Positions 1 through 10,000 of a stretch of DNA of 21,132 bases are shown here, piece after piece. Location: the NCBI GenBank assembly GCA_016839585.1, contig JAEOTZ010000027.1, positions 1 through 21,132 on the forward strand, read 5' to 3'. The position numbers and the translations under genes are program-made. The stretch is from Promethearchaeota archaeon (lineage in GTDB: Archaea > Asgardarchaeota > Lokiarchaeia > Sigyniarchaeales > SOKP01). Below the pieces are notes generated by a model that made no database searches, had not been told where the DNA came from, and saw only the letters and a list, made by a program, of their open reading frames with translations. Numbering within the stretch: the stretch's first letter is position 1; the number at the start of each line of letters is the position of its first letter.

Positions 1-316
1 CCTGCTTAAAAAAAGAGAGCCAATCATCTATATTTTTCATACTGGTATATCTTGTTATGTCAAACATAAAAATACCTCCATCTGCTCCCTTAGCAAAGCT
101 AGGTAAAAGAACTCTAAAGCGATCTTCTCCAGCAAAATCCCATATACGAAGAACAACTGTCTTTCCTTCAATTTCTAATTCCTTAACACTAAAGTCTGCT
201 CCGATTGTCATCTTTAAATCTTCATTGAATACACGAGTAAGAAATCTATGTGTTAACGTGGTCTTTCCGACCCCGCCATCACCAAAAATACACAGTTTAA
301 ACTTAATTTTTCCCAT
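1..316 (-). CDS. Rab-like small GTPase (Ras superfamily), 3' end runs off the window
   Basis: Manual minus-strand translation from ATG at 316 (alternative GTG at 322): MGKIKFKLCIFGDGGVGKTTLTHRFLTRVFNEDLKMTIGADFSVKELEIEGKTVVLRIWDFAGEDRFRVLLPSFAKGADGGIFMFDITRYTSMKNIDDWLSFFKQ. G1 GDGGVGKT, G2 TIGADF, G3 WDFAGE. Absent from the ORF track because there is no stop codon inside the window. Confidence 0.95.
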   Translation of the reverse strand, partial: MGKIKFKLCIFGDGGVGKTTLTHRFLTRVFNEDLKMTIGADFSVKELEIEGKTVVLRIWDFAGEDRFRVLLPSFAKGADGGIFMFDITRYTSMKNIDDWLSFFKQ

Positions 317-427
317 TTTCACACCGTATTAATCTAGTAAACTTATAAAATAAATTAATTATCATTAATCTTATTTAAACTAAATATATAATAAATTTTT
401 AAAAAGTCATATTCAACTTTAATCTAA

Positions 428-859
428 TTATTTAATGATATCCGTTATAAAACAAGTTTCTATTATCTTAATTCCTTGGATTTGTGAAATTTTTTCTTCA
501 ATAAGTGGATTAAACTCTTCAATTGATGGAATGTCAACTTTCAATAAGAGTCCACAATCTCCTGATAACCGCCAAATATTAGTAATTTCATCAACTTCGG
601 ATAATTCTCTCAAGATTCGTTTAACCTCCTTAAAATCGGGAATAATTTTTACGGTAGCACTAACTTTTTGTTTTGTATCTATGTTATACTCAACTGTAAA
701 GCGTTTTATAATACCCTCATCAAGGAGTTTCTTAACACGCCTTCGTACAGTAGCCTCTGTTTTATCTATCTTTTTACTGATATCATTGAATGAAATTCTA
801 CTATTACTTTTTAATTCCTCTAAAATTTTGAGATCGATTAAATCTATTTTTTTCGACAA
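428..859 (-). CDS. Lrp/AsnC family transcriptional regulator
   Basis: N-terminal HTH (IDLIDLKILEELKSNSRISFNDISKKIDKTEATVRRRVKKLLDEGIIKRF) plus a RAM-like C-terminal domain (WRLSGDCGLLLKV); 143 aa; TTG start. Confidence 0.93.
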   Translation of the reverse strand: MSKKIDLIDLKILEELKSNSRISFNDISKKIDKTEATVRRRVKKLLDEGIIKRFTVEYNIDTKQKVSATVKIIPDFKEVKRILRELSEVDEITNIWRLSGDCGLLLKVDIPSIEEFNPLIEEKISQIQGIKIIETCFITDIIK

Positions 860-1074
860 TTTTTAAACATTTTTTGTTGAATTCTTACAACTTAGTTATA
901 AATTGTGATAAATAATTTAATAAATTATGTCTTTTTCAGAAAAAAAATTAAGTCTGTAATTTTTAACTTACTTTAATTGTAAAACCAGAGAATTGATATA
1001 GTGAAAAGAAAGAAATAACCTATTTTTATAAGGTTTCTTAGAAGGGATCTTAATGGTTAAGAAAGATTTTTAAT

Positions 1075-1109
1075 TTTGATAAAAACTTTATGTTTGATAA
1101 AAACTTTAT
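1075..1109. repeat. Tandem direct repeat, 2 x 17 bp TTTGATAAAAACTTTAT (18-bp period)
   Basis: Exact copies at 1075-1091 and 1093-1109 in the divergent intergenic region. Confidence 0.85.
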
Positions 1110-1320
1110 TAATTTTTAATTATAATAATTAGTTTTACTAAAATTATTATTTTTGTTAGATTTGTCACTTTTTTTGTTATATTTTGATAATAATAGGTGA
1201 TTCAGATCATAAATTTGTCTTAAGAAATGGTAAATGTTATTATCGATCAATTATCATGTTGAATCCGTGAATTCTTGCCTTTCTTGATAACTTTTTTGTT
1301 TGGTATTGTAAAAAATGATC

Positions 1321-1336
1321 ATATTTAAATATAAAA
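1321..1336 (+). promoter_or_regulatory. Putative archaeal TATA box (TTTAAATA within ATATTTAAATATAAAA)
   Basis: The same 16-mer recurs at 14881-14896 upstream of another gene, and a close variant lies at 19620-19633. Confidence 0.5.
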
Positions 1337-1362
1337 TTATCTAATTATAATAATAGAGAAAA

Positions 1363-1386
1363 AATTATGATTTTAATATCATAATT
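1363..1386. promoter_or_regulatory. Perfect inverted repeat AATTATGAT-N6-ATCATAATT, candidate operator
   Basis: 9-bp arms at 1363-1371 and 1378-1386, between the putative TATA box and the start at 1419. Confidence 0.5.
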
Positions 1387-1418
1387 AAAAAATTATATAA
1401 AAAGTGAGGAATGATAAA

Positions 1419-1688
1419 ATGTGTAATAATTGTAATTGCGACGCTTTTGACCAATGTTCAATAGTGGGATATATGCCCGTTGGGTTTTGCTGTTCGAAGT
1501 GTGTGTTATATGATGAACAACATACCTGTTTAACTTCTAAATCAAGACCTAAAATGGGTGTAGAAGAATCAGAAGTAATCAAACCGGTATCTACAACAAT
1601 AGAAGATGGGTTACTAAAAGTGGTTCTTAAAAAGAAAAAAAAGGAGATTCCAATTTATATAGACCTTCAAAAGCAATTTGAAAAATAA
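1419..1688 (+). CDS. Small Cys-rich hypothetical protein (possible metal or Fe-S binding)
   Basis: MCNNCNCDAFDQC...GFCCSKC...HTC: 8 Cys in the first ~37 aa, then a charged C-terminal half. SD-like GTGAGG at 1404-1409 favours ATG 1419 over GTG 1404. Followed by a T10 run. Confidence 0.75.
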   Translation: MCNNCNCDAFDQCSIVGYMPVGFCCSKCVLYDEQHTCLTSKSRPKMGVEESEVIKPVSTTIEDGLLKVVLKKKKKEIPIYIDLQKQFEK

Positions 1689-1701
1689 AAACTATATTAT
1701 A

Positions 1702-1711
1702 TTTTTTTTTT
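1702..1711 (+). terminator. Oligo-T archaeal terminator candidate
   Basis: T10 run starting 14 nt after the stop codon of the small protein. Confidence 0.45.
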
Positions 1712-1863
1712 GATTTGGTACTTAATTCATTTACTTTTTTAGCAATTTCCAGATTTTTAAAGGAGATTGTGATAATATATACCAAATTTGTAAACATTTC
1801 TTTTCTTAATTTAATAAAAAATTTAATAAAAGTAAAATATTAAAGAAAATAGAAGAATTAATA

Positions 1864-2376
1864 GTGTACATTGACATGAGTGTCATAAATTTTGATTTTA
1901 GAAATCAGGTTATTAAGCATAATGCTTCTTTGAGTTATTGTTATCAATGTTCAACTTGCTCAGGGGGGTGTCCGGTTGCTTTATTGACAAATGGAGAGTA
2001 TAATCCAAGAAAGATAATAGAAGAAGCGATTTTAGGACTTCAAGATAAATTAATTGAAGTTCAAGATCCAAATCCATGGTTATGTTCAACATGTCAGAAA
2101 TGTGTTGAGTTATGTCCTCAAAAAGTGGAGTTAACAGAAATTTTTACTTTGATAAAAAACAAATGCTTCGAGGAGGGAAAGTATCCTGAAGCATTTCATG
2201 CACAAGGTCAAGCAGTGCTAGAAAATGGTATTGCTATTCCTTATTCAAAAGCAGTACTTTCAAGAAGAGAAAAGTTAGGACTTCCAATAATAACAACAGC
2301 CCCAATTGAGGAGATAAAAACTCTTTTAAGACAAACAAATTTTGAACAAAATATTATAAAAAGGGAGGCTGAATAG
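1864..2376 (+). CDS. hdrC: Heterodisulfide reductase subunit C
   Basis: Two [4Fe-4S] motifs (CYQCSTCSGGCP, WLCSTCQKCVELCP) and YNPRKII; directly precedes hdrB. Real start may be ATG 1876. Confidence 0.93.
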   Translation: MYIDMSVINFDFRNQVIKHNASLSYCYQCSTCSGGCPVALLTNGEYNPRKIIEEAILGLQDKLIEVQDPNPWLCSTCQKCVELCPQKVELTEIFTLIKNKCFEEGKYPEAFHAQGQAVLENGIAIPYSKAVLSRREKLGLPIITTAPIEEIKTLLRQTNFEQNIIKREAE

Positions 2377-2378
2377 AA

Positions 2379-3248
2379 ATGTCTTATGATTTATTTTTAG
2401 GGTGTGTAATTCCGGCAAGATTACCTTTTTTAGAAGCCTCTTCCAGAAAGGTTTTTGAAAAACTTGGAATTAAACTGAATGATGTAGAGGGGTTTAGTTG
2501 CTGCCCTGATCCAACAGGAATCGAACAAATAGATCATACGACCTGGTTAGCTTTGGGAGCAAGAAATCTGAGTTTATGCAGAAATAATGGGGGAGTAATT
2601 TCATTTTGTTCAGGGTGCGTAGAGACCTTAAAAGGCGTAAACTACTTTATTAATAAAGATCTTACTACTAAAAAAGAAATCAATAGATATCTGCAAAAAG
2701 TTGGCAAAGTTTATGAAGGCAAGACGGAAGTGAAACATTTTGCAGAGATACTTTATGAAAATCTTGAGAATATAAAAAAAAATGTTGAAAAACCTTTAGA
2801 AGGTTTTAAAGTTGCTGTTCATTATGGTTGTCACTATTTAAGGCCTTCAGAAATTATAGAATGGGATGATCCATTTGAACCAATTACAATTGATGAAATT
2901 GTAAAGGCACTTGGAGCAGAATCAGTAGAATATGATTTGAAAATGGAGTGTTGTGGAAATCCAGTTGAAAAATCTGATAGAGATTTGTCTCTCTTAATGA
3001 TTGATAATAAATTAAAAGCTATAGAAAATGCCGGAGCTAACTGTGTTGCTGTGGTTTGTCCTGCGTGTTATCAGCAGTATGAATTCAATCAAAGGGAACT
3101 TAATAAGAGAAACAATACTGAGTATAATTTACCAATTTTTTATCTTTCTGAGCTTGTTGGTTTAGCTTTTGGATTTTTTCCTGAAGAAATGGGTTTAAAT
3201 TTTCATAGAATTAAACCAAATGAGTTATTCGAGAGTATTCACTTTTAA
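2379..3248 (+). CDS. hdrB: Heterodisulfide reductase subunit B (two CCG domains)
   Basis: FLGCVIP, SCCPDP, FCSGC, HYGCHYLRP, ECCGNP, VCPACYQQY: ligand sets for both non-cubane clusters. GGAGG SD upstream. Confidence 0.95.
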   Translation: MSYDLFLGCVIPARLPFLEASSRKVFEKLGIKLNDVEGFSCCPDPTGIEQIDHTTWLALGARNLSLCRNNGGVISFCSGCVETLKGVNYFINKDLTTKKEINRYLQKVGKVYEGKTEVKHFAEILYENLENIKKNVEKPLEGFKVAVHYGCHYLRPSEIIEWDDPFEPITIDEIVKALGAESVEYDLKMECCGNPVEKSDRDLSLLMIDNKLKAIENAGANCVAVVCPACYQQYEFNQRELNKRNNTEYNLPIFYLSELVGLAFGFFPEEMGLNFHRIKPNELFESIHF

Positions 3249-3303
3249 TTAGAAATTTTTTAAAGTTTAAAATTCAAAAATATAAAAATTTAAGGAGTTT
3301 GTT

Positions 3304-4611
3304 ATGGAAAAGGTTTCTAAAAGCGCATTAGTTATAGGAGGAGGAATAGCTGGAATTCAAGCAGCTTTAGATCTAGCAGATATGGGCATTCATGTAGATA
3401 TGGTTGAAAAAAAACCTTGCATAGGAGGAAGGATGGCCCAATTAGATAAAACTTTTCCTACTAATGATTGTTCGATTTGTATATTAGCACCAAAATTATC
3501 AGAATGCTATAGACATCCAAATATTACTCTTTATTCTTATTCTGAAGTTCAAAAGGTTGAAGGGTCAGCAGGTAATTTTTCAGCAGAAATTCTTAAACGT
3601 GCCCGTTATATTAAAGAAGAGGAATGTATAAATTGTGGTCTCTGTGTTGAAAAATGCCCTATGCGAGTAGAGGATGAATTTGATAGAGAACTTAGGAAAA
3701 GAAGGGCTATTTATATTTATTATCTTCAAGGTGTCCCTGCGATTATGACAATAGATAAGGAGAAATGCTTATGGTTTACTAAGAATGCTTGTAGAATTTG
3801 CGAAAAAACATGTGAAAGAGAAGCAATTGATTTTGAACAAGAGGATCAAATTATTAAATTAGAAAATATCGGTTCTATCATTGTCGCAACAGGATATAGT
3901 TTAATTGAGGATATTGATAAAGATGTATTAAAGAATTATGGTTATGGGAAATTTAGAAATGTAGTTAGTGCGTTAGAATTTGAACGATTAGAGTGCGCTT
4001 CAGGACCTCAAGGAGGTCATATTAAACGATTTTCTGATGGTAAAACACCTAAAAAAATCGCTTTCCTGCAATGTATAGGTTCCCGTTCAGATAGAGTAGA
4101 GAAATATTGTTCGTCTATTTGTTGTATGTATACAACGAAAGAGGCAATGATTGCTTATGAACATGACAATGAATTAGAATCTTATGTTTTTTATATTGAT
4201 ATGAGAGCGGGAGGTAAAGGTTTTCAATCGTTTCTACGCAGAGGAGCAGCAGAATATAATATTAAATATATTAAAAGTAAAATAGCTCAAATTACTGTAG
4301 ATGAGAAGGAAAATCCTATTATAATATATGAAGATTTAGATAATGATAAAATAACACAATTAAAAGTTGATTTGGTAGTATTAGCTACGTGTATAGTACC
4401 ACCTCAAGGAATTGACAATTTAGCAGAAATATTAGGAATTGAATTAAACGACTACAATTTTATTAAAACTACACCTTTTATACCGGTTGAAACAAGTAAG
4501 AATGGCGTTTTCACTTGTGGTTGTGTACATGAACCAATGGATATTCCACGTTCTGTTGCAGAGGCAAGTGGTGCTGCCGCTAAAGCTGCTGAAATAATTA
4601 GAGGAGGCTAA
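3304..4611 (+). CDS. hdrA: HdrA-family flavoprotein, module 1 (FAD domain with inserted 2x[4Fe-4S] ferredoxin; lacks the N-terminal CHCG domain; QmoA-like/split HdrA)
   Basis: GGGIAGIQAALDLA, GGRMAQLDKTFPTNDCSIC, CINCGLCVEKCP, LEFERL, FLQCIGSR, CSSICCMYTTK. AGGAG SD. Confidence 0.92.
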   Translation: MEKVSKSALVIGGGIAGIQAALDLADMGIHVDMVEKKPCIGGRMAQLDKTFPTNDCSICILAPKLSECYRHPNITLYSYSEVQKVEGSAGNFSAEILKRARYIKEEECINCGLCVEKCPMRVEDEFDRELRKRRAIYIYYLQGVPAIMTIDKEKCLWFTKNACRICEKTCEREAIDFEQEDQIIKLENIGSIIVATGYSLIEDIDKDVLKNYGYGKFRNVVSALEFERLECASGPQGGHIKRFSDGKTPKKIAFLQCIGSRSDRVEKYCSSICCMYTTKEAMIAYEHDNELESYVFYIDMRAGGKGFQSFLRRGAAEYNIKYIKSKIAQITVDEKENPIIIYEDLDNDKITQLKVDLVVLATCIVPPQGIDNLAEILGIELNDYNFIKTTPFIPVETSKNGVFTCGCVHEPMDIPRSVAEASGAAAKAAEIIRGG

Positions 4612-4617
4612 TTAATA

Positions 4618-6303
4618 ATGTCAGAAGAAAGGAATGAGGAAGAAATAAGAGTAGGCGTGTTCGTTTGCCATTGTGGAAGCAACATCGGCGGAGTTATTGA
4701 TTGTAAGAAATTAGCGGAAGAGGTTAGAAATTTTCCAGATGTTGCTTATACTGAAGATAATTTATATACATGTTCAGAAAATGGTTTAGCTGCCATTAAA
4801 AAAGCTGTAGAAGAACATAAATTAAATAGAGTTGTAGTTGCATCATGTACTCCTAGAACACATGAACCGCTATTCCGTGAATGTATCTCAGAGGCGGGTT
4901 TGAATCCCTATCTATTTAATTTTGTAAATATTCGAGATCAGTGTACCTGGGTTCATATGAAGCATCCTGAAGAGGCTTATGATAAAGCAAAGGATTTAAT
5001 AAAGATGGGGGCAGCAAAAGCAGTGAAACTTGAACCGTTAGATATGATAATGGTCAATATCAATCCTGCTGCTTTAGTAATTGGGGGCGGTGTTGCTGGG
5101 ATGAGTGCTGCGTTAAGCCTAAGTAGACAGGGATTTAAGACGTATATAGTTGAGAAGGAAGATAAGTTAGGAGGAAGGTTAAATTCACTTCATAAATTGT
5201 TCCCTTATGATATAGAAGCAACTGAATTCGTTGGAAAAATTATTAATAATGTTAAGAATGCTCAGAATTTAGAAGTTATAACATCATCAAGGGTGATAAA
5301 TATCGAGGGTTTTATAGGAAACTATGAAGTTGAAATTGATCAAAATGGTAATATTCGAAAATTAGAGGTTGGAGCTATCATAGTTGCTGTAGGTTCTTCA
5401 CTTCTTAATCCTCAAGGGTTATTTGGATATGATGGGATTAAAAGAATTACTCAGTATGAATTAGAACCAAAATTAAAAAATAAAGATTTAAAGGCAAAAG
5501 AAGTGGTAATGATTCAATGTGCAGGTTCTCGTAATGATGAGAGACCTTATTGCTCAAGTGTTTGTTGCATGACTGCTTTAAAAAACGCACTGACAATAAA
5601 AGAGTTAAATCCTGATATTCATGTAACGATCCTATTTAGAGATTTATACACCCCTGGCACAAGTTATGAAGAATATTACAGAAAGGCAAGGGAACAAGGA
5701 GTTCTATTTGTCAAATATGATGAAGATAGAATGCCTAATGTGGAGGAAAATCAAGTTAAAGTCTTTAATGAATATATTGGGGATGAAATGATTATCGCTT
5801 ATGATCTTCTAGTATTATCAACTCCCTTAGTAGCGAATAGTGATAATAAGGATCTTGCTCAATTATTAAAAGTTCCATTAGAAGCTAATGGTTTCTTTTT
5901 AGAAGCACATGTGAAATTGCGACCCAATGATTTTGCAACAGATGGAGTTTATATTGGTGGTTCCGCCAAATGGCCTGTTGATATAACAGAAACAATATCT
6001 CAAGGTTATGCGGCAGCATCTAGAGCCAGCACAATCTTATCTCATGAGACAATTGAAGTAGAGGGTGCCACATCAATTTTGCCTGAATATAATAAGAGTT
6101 TATGTACGGGTTGTGAAGTATGCATTAAAGTATGCCCGTACAATGCGATAAAAAAGAATGAAAATGATGAGATCGAGATTATTCAAGCATTATGTAAAGG
6201 TTGTGGATTATGTGCCGCAACTTGTACTAATAAAGCTCTAGTTATTAGACATTTTACAGATGATCAGATCTTGTCAGAAATATATGCGTATGGAGGAGAA
6301 TAG
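4618..6303 (+). CDS. hdrA: HdrA-family flavoprotein, module 2 (N-terminal CHCG domain, FAD domain, C-terminal ferredoxin)
   Basis: RVGVFVCHCG, VVASCTPRTHE, GGGVAG, QCAGSR, CSSVCCMTALK, EAHVKLRP, CTGCEVCIKVCP, CKGCGLCAATC. GGAGG SD at 4603-4607. Confidence 0.92.
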   Translation: MSEERNEEEIRVGVFVCHCGSNIGGVIDCKKLAEEVRNFPDVAYTEDNLYTCSENGLAAIKKAVEEHKLNRVVVASCTPRTHEPLFRECISEAGLNPYLFNFVNIRDQCTWVHMKHPEEAYDKAKDLIKMGAAKAVKLEPLDMIMVNINPAALVIGGGVAGMSAALSLSRQGFKTYIVEKEDKLGGRLNSLHKLFPYDIEATEFVGKIINNVKNAQNLEVITSSRVINIEGFIGNYEVEIDQNGNIRKLEVGAIIVAVGSSLLNPQGLFGYDGIKRITQYELEPKLKNKDLKAKEVVMIQCAGSRNDERPYCSSVCCMTALKNALTIKELNPDIHVTILFRDLYTPGTSYEEYYRKAREQGVLFVKYDEDRMPNVEENQVKVFNEYIGDEMIIAYDLLVLSTPLVANSDNKDLAQLLKVPLEANGFFLEAHVKLRPNDFATDGVYIGGSAKWPVDITETISQGYAAASRASTILSHETIEVEGATSILPEYNKSLCTGCEVCIKVCPYNAIKKNENDEIEIIQALCKGCGLCAATCTNKALVIRHFTDDQILSEIYAYGGE

Positions 6304-6304
6304 A

Positions 6305-7066
6305 GTGAGTTTTGAACCAAAATTATTAGGATTTTTATGTAATTGGTGCTCCTATGCTGGGGCTGATTTAGCAGGAGTAAGTAGAATCCAATACCCTCCA
6401 AATATGAGAGTTATTAGAGTTATGTGTAGTGGTCGTGTTGACCCCGAATTTGTTATTCAAGCCCTTGAATTAGGAATTGATGGCGTTTATGTAATGGGGT
6501 GCCATATTGGGGATTGCCATTATCTGGATGGTAATTATGAGGCTATAAGAAAATTTGATATGACAAAGAAATTTTTAAGTTTTGTTGGTCTAGATAATAG
6601 AATAAGATTAGATTGGGTTTCTGCCTCAGAAGGAGTTAGATTTGGTGAAGTGGTTTCTAAATTTGTTGAAGATATTAAAGCTCTTGGTCCATCCCCCTTA
6701 AGTGGAGATACTCCTGATCAAGAATTACTAGAGAAAGTGAAAGCAATTAGGGAGGCAGTGAGTAGTAATAGAATGAGAGCTTTGGTAGGAAGGCAGAGAA
6801 AAATAACTGAAGAAGAGAATGTATATGGAGAGAAAGTTCCTGAAGAGGAATTTGATGTTTTGATGGATCAAGCAATAAAGGAAGAATATGATCGCCATAG
6901 AATATTATTGGCATTAGAAAAGGATTCTAAATCAGTAAAAGATTTAGGTATTGAATTAAACCTTGATCCAAGTATAGTTTTAGAGCATACGTTAACCTTA
7001 AAAAGTCGAAGTCAAGTAGATTTTCAAAAAATTATAGGAAATACTCCTATTTTTATGAGAATATAG
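6305..7066 (+). CDS. mvhD: MvhD/FlxD-like [2Fe-2S] subunit with ~110-aa C-terminal extension ending in an HTH-like segment
   Basis: FLCNWCSYAGAD, RVMCSGRVD, GCHIGDCHY, WVSASEG. Start moved to GTG 6305 (GGAGG at 6292-6296; avoids a 44-bp overlap with hdrA). Tail RILLALEKDSKSVKDLGIELNLDPSIVLEHTLTLKSRSQV. Confidence 0.9.
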   Translation: MSFEPKLLGFLCNWCSYAGADLAGVSRIQYPPNMRVIRVMCSGRVDPEFVIQALELGIDGVYVMGCHIGDCHYLDGNYEAIRKFDMTKKFLSFVGLDNRIRLDWVSASEGVRFGEVVSKFVEDIKALGPSPLSGDTPDQELLEKVKAIREAVSSNRMRALVGRQRKITEEENVYGEKVPEEEFDVLMDQAIKEEYDRHRILLALEKDSKSVKDLGIELNLDPSIVLEHTLTLKSRSQVDFQKIIGNTPIFMRI

Positions 7067-7078
7067 AGGAGAAAAAGA

Positions 7079-10000
7079 ATGGAAAAAGTGGGAGCCGTTA
7101 TGGTTATAGGTGCTGGAATTGGTGGGTCTCAAGCTTCTTTAGATTTAGCGGATTCCGGTTATAAAGTCTATTTAATAGAATCATCTACTAGTATTGGAGG
7201 AGTAATGGCACAGTTAGATAAAACATTCCCTACAAACGACTGTGCTATGTGTATAGTAAGTCCAAAGCTAGTTGAGACAGGACGTCACCAGAATATAGAT
7301 TTAAGTATTAATTGTAAAATTTTAGATGTGTCAGGAGAAGCAGGTAATTTTAATATAAAAGTCTTAAAGAAAACATTGTATATAAATCCTGAAAAATGTA
7401 CTGGATGTGGAGTTTGTGGACAGGAATGTCCTGTGGAAGCAATTGATATATTCAATGAAGGATTAGCAAAATATGCTGCAACATCAGTTAAATATCCGCA
7501 AGCAGTACCTCTTGTTTACGCTATTAATAAAGACTATTGTATCGGCTGTGGAATATGTCAAGGAGTTTGTAAAGCTAAAGCAGTAGAATATGATCGGGAA
7601 GATGAAGAAGTTGATATTAATGTTGGAGCAATAATTTTAGCTCCTGGTTTTGATGAATATATTCCACCAGAAGCTAATTTATATGGATATGGAAAGTATA
7701 AGAATGTAGTAACTAGTATAGAGTTTGAACGTATTTTAAGTGCTAGTGGTCCATATGCAGGTAGGGTTTTACGTCCTTCAGATGGGGATATTCCTGAAAA
7801 ATTAGCTTTTCTCCAATGTATTGGTTCTCGTGATTATACAGGAAATGGACAACCATATTGTTCTTCAGTTTGTTGTATGTATACAGCTAAAGAGGCAGTA
7901 ATTGCCCATGAGCATATGCATCAAATAAAACCGACGATCTTTAGTATGGACGTAAGAGCTTATGGAAAAGATTTTGATAAATATATTATTAGAGCCCAAG
8001 AGGAATATGGGGTTCAATATATAAGAAGTCGTATCTCATCTATAAAAGAAGTACCAGAAACTAAAGATTTAAGGATAAAATATGAAACTGAAGATGGAAA
8101 AGTAATGGAAGAAGATTTTAACATGGTAGTCCTTGCTGTTGGGTTAAATCCTCCTAATGATAATGTTTTTCTCGCAGAAAAGTTTGGTATTGAATTAAAT
8201 GAATTTGGGTTTGCTAAAACTGACAAATTTAACCCAGTTCAAACATCAAGATCAGGAATTTATGCATGTGGAGCTTTCTCATCGCCTAAAGATATTCCTG
8301 ATACTGTAACACAGGCTAGCGCGGCTGCCGGTTGTGTTAATCAACTTTTATATGAAAAAAGAGGGACATTAATTACAGAAAAAACTCTACCTCCTGAAAT
8401 TTATGTAAATGGACAACCACCTAGAATTGGTGTATTTATCTGTCATTGTGGAATTAATATTGGTGGCTATGTGGATGTTCCAGACGTGACAAAATATGCC
8501 ACTACTCTCCCTAATGTAGTTATGGCAGATCGTAATCTATATACTTGTTCAGCAGATACTCAGACGATAATAAAAGATAAGGTAAAGGAATTTCATCTTA
8601 ATCGTGTTATTGTTGCATCATGTACTCCTAGAACACATGAGCCTTTATTTCAAGAGACCATTAGAGAAGCAGGATTAAATAGGTATTTATTTCAAATGGC
8701 AAATATTAGAGATCAATGTTCTTGGGTACATATGAACGAGCCAGAAAAGGCTACAGAAAAGGCTAAGGATTTAGTAAGAATGGCAGTAAATAAAGCGAGA
8801 GAAATAGAGCCTATTGAAAGGATAAAATTACCAGTTACTCCTAAAGCACTGGTTGTTGGAGGAGGAATAAGTGGTATGGTTGCTGCTTTAAATTTTGCTA
8901 GCCAAGAATTTGAGACTTTTTTAGTTGAAAAGCAAGAAGAATTAGGAGGCTTTGCTAGACACATATATCATACCCTTGAAGGTGGCGATGTTCAAGAATT
9001 TCTAACCGATTTAATAAAAAAAGTGCAATCAAATAAATTTATTCACGCATATACAGATGCAGAAATTGAAAATATTGATGGATATATCGGTAATTTTAAG
9101 AGTTCAGTCATCCATGGAAAGAAGAAAGAAAGAACAGAATTCGAACATGGAGTAGTTATTGTAGCAACAGGTGCAAAAGAATATCACCCTAAAGAATACT
9201 TATATGGGAATAATGGTAATGTAATTCTTCAGTCTGAGTTCGAAGAGATGCTAAATAATGATAAGGCAACAAATAAAAAATCAGTTGTGATGATTCAATG
9301 TGTAGGATCCAGAAACGATGAACATCCTTACTGTAGTAAAATGTGCTGTGCTGAAGCAATTAAAAATGCGCTATTAGCTAAAGAAAAAAATCCAGATCTA
9401 GAAATAACAGTATTATTCCGAGACATCCGAACTTATGGATTTAAAGAAAAATATTATCGTGAAGCACGTGAAAAGGGAGTTATATTCCTACAATATGATG
9501 AAGATAATCCTCCAGAAGTAATCCCAGAAGATTCACGATTAAGAATTGAAGTTTCCACACCAAGAAAAGAAAAAATATATATTAATTCTGATTTATTAGT
9601 TTTAAGTGCTGGAATATATGCAAACCGAGAGGAAAATGAAGATCTTGCCAAGATGTTGAAGGTTCCTCTTAATGATGATAATTTCTTTTTGGAAGCCCAT
9701 GTTAAGTTACGTCCTGTAGATTTTGCCACCGAAGGCGTATTTGTAGCAGGCTTAGCACATTGTCCGAAGACAATTGAAGATTCTATTGCTCAGGCAAATG
9801 CTGCAGTTTCAAGAGCTTGCACTATATTATCTAAAGATGAAATAGAAGCTGAAGGTAAGACTGCAATGGTTATTCCTGAAAGATGCACAGGGTGTGGTAT
9901 GTGTGTCGAGAATTGTGCATATAGCGCAATAGAGTTAATCGATGACCGAAGGTTTGGAAGGGTTGCCCAAATTAACCAAGCGTTATGTAAAGGTTGTGGG

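Noticed and set aside
57-866. Plus-strand ORFs 57-332 and 435-866
   Set aside because: Antisense shadows of the GTPase and Lrp genes.
1075-1109. CRISPR array
   Set aside because: Only two adjacent 17-bp copies, no spacers and no cas genes.
902-1785. Rex-type operator suggested by TTGTGA half-sites
   Set aside because: The matching TCACAA half-site at the correct spacing is missing in both copies.
7064-7081. TAG readthrough (pyrrolysine) fusing mvhD-ext in frame to the large hdrA
   Set aside because: The frames match, but the 12-nt gap holds an AGGAG SD for independent initiation, and no pyl genes are in view.
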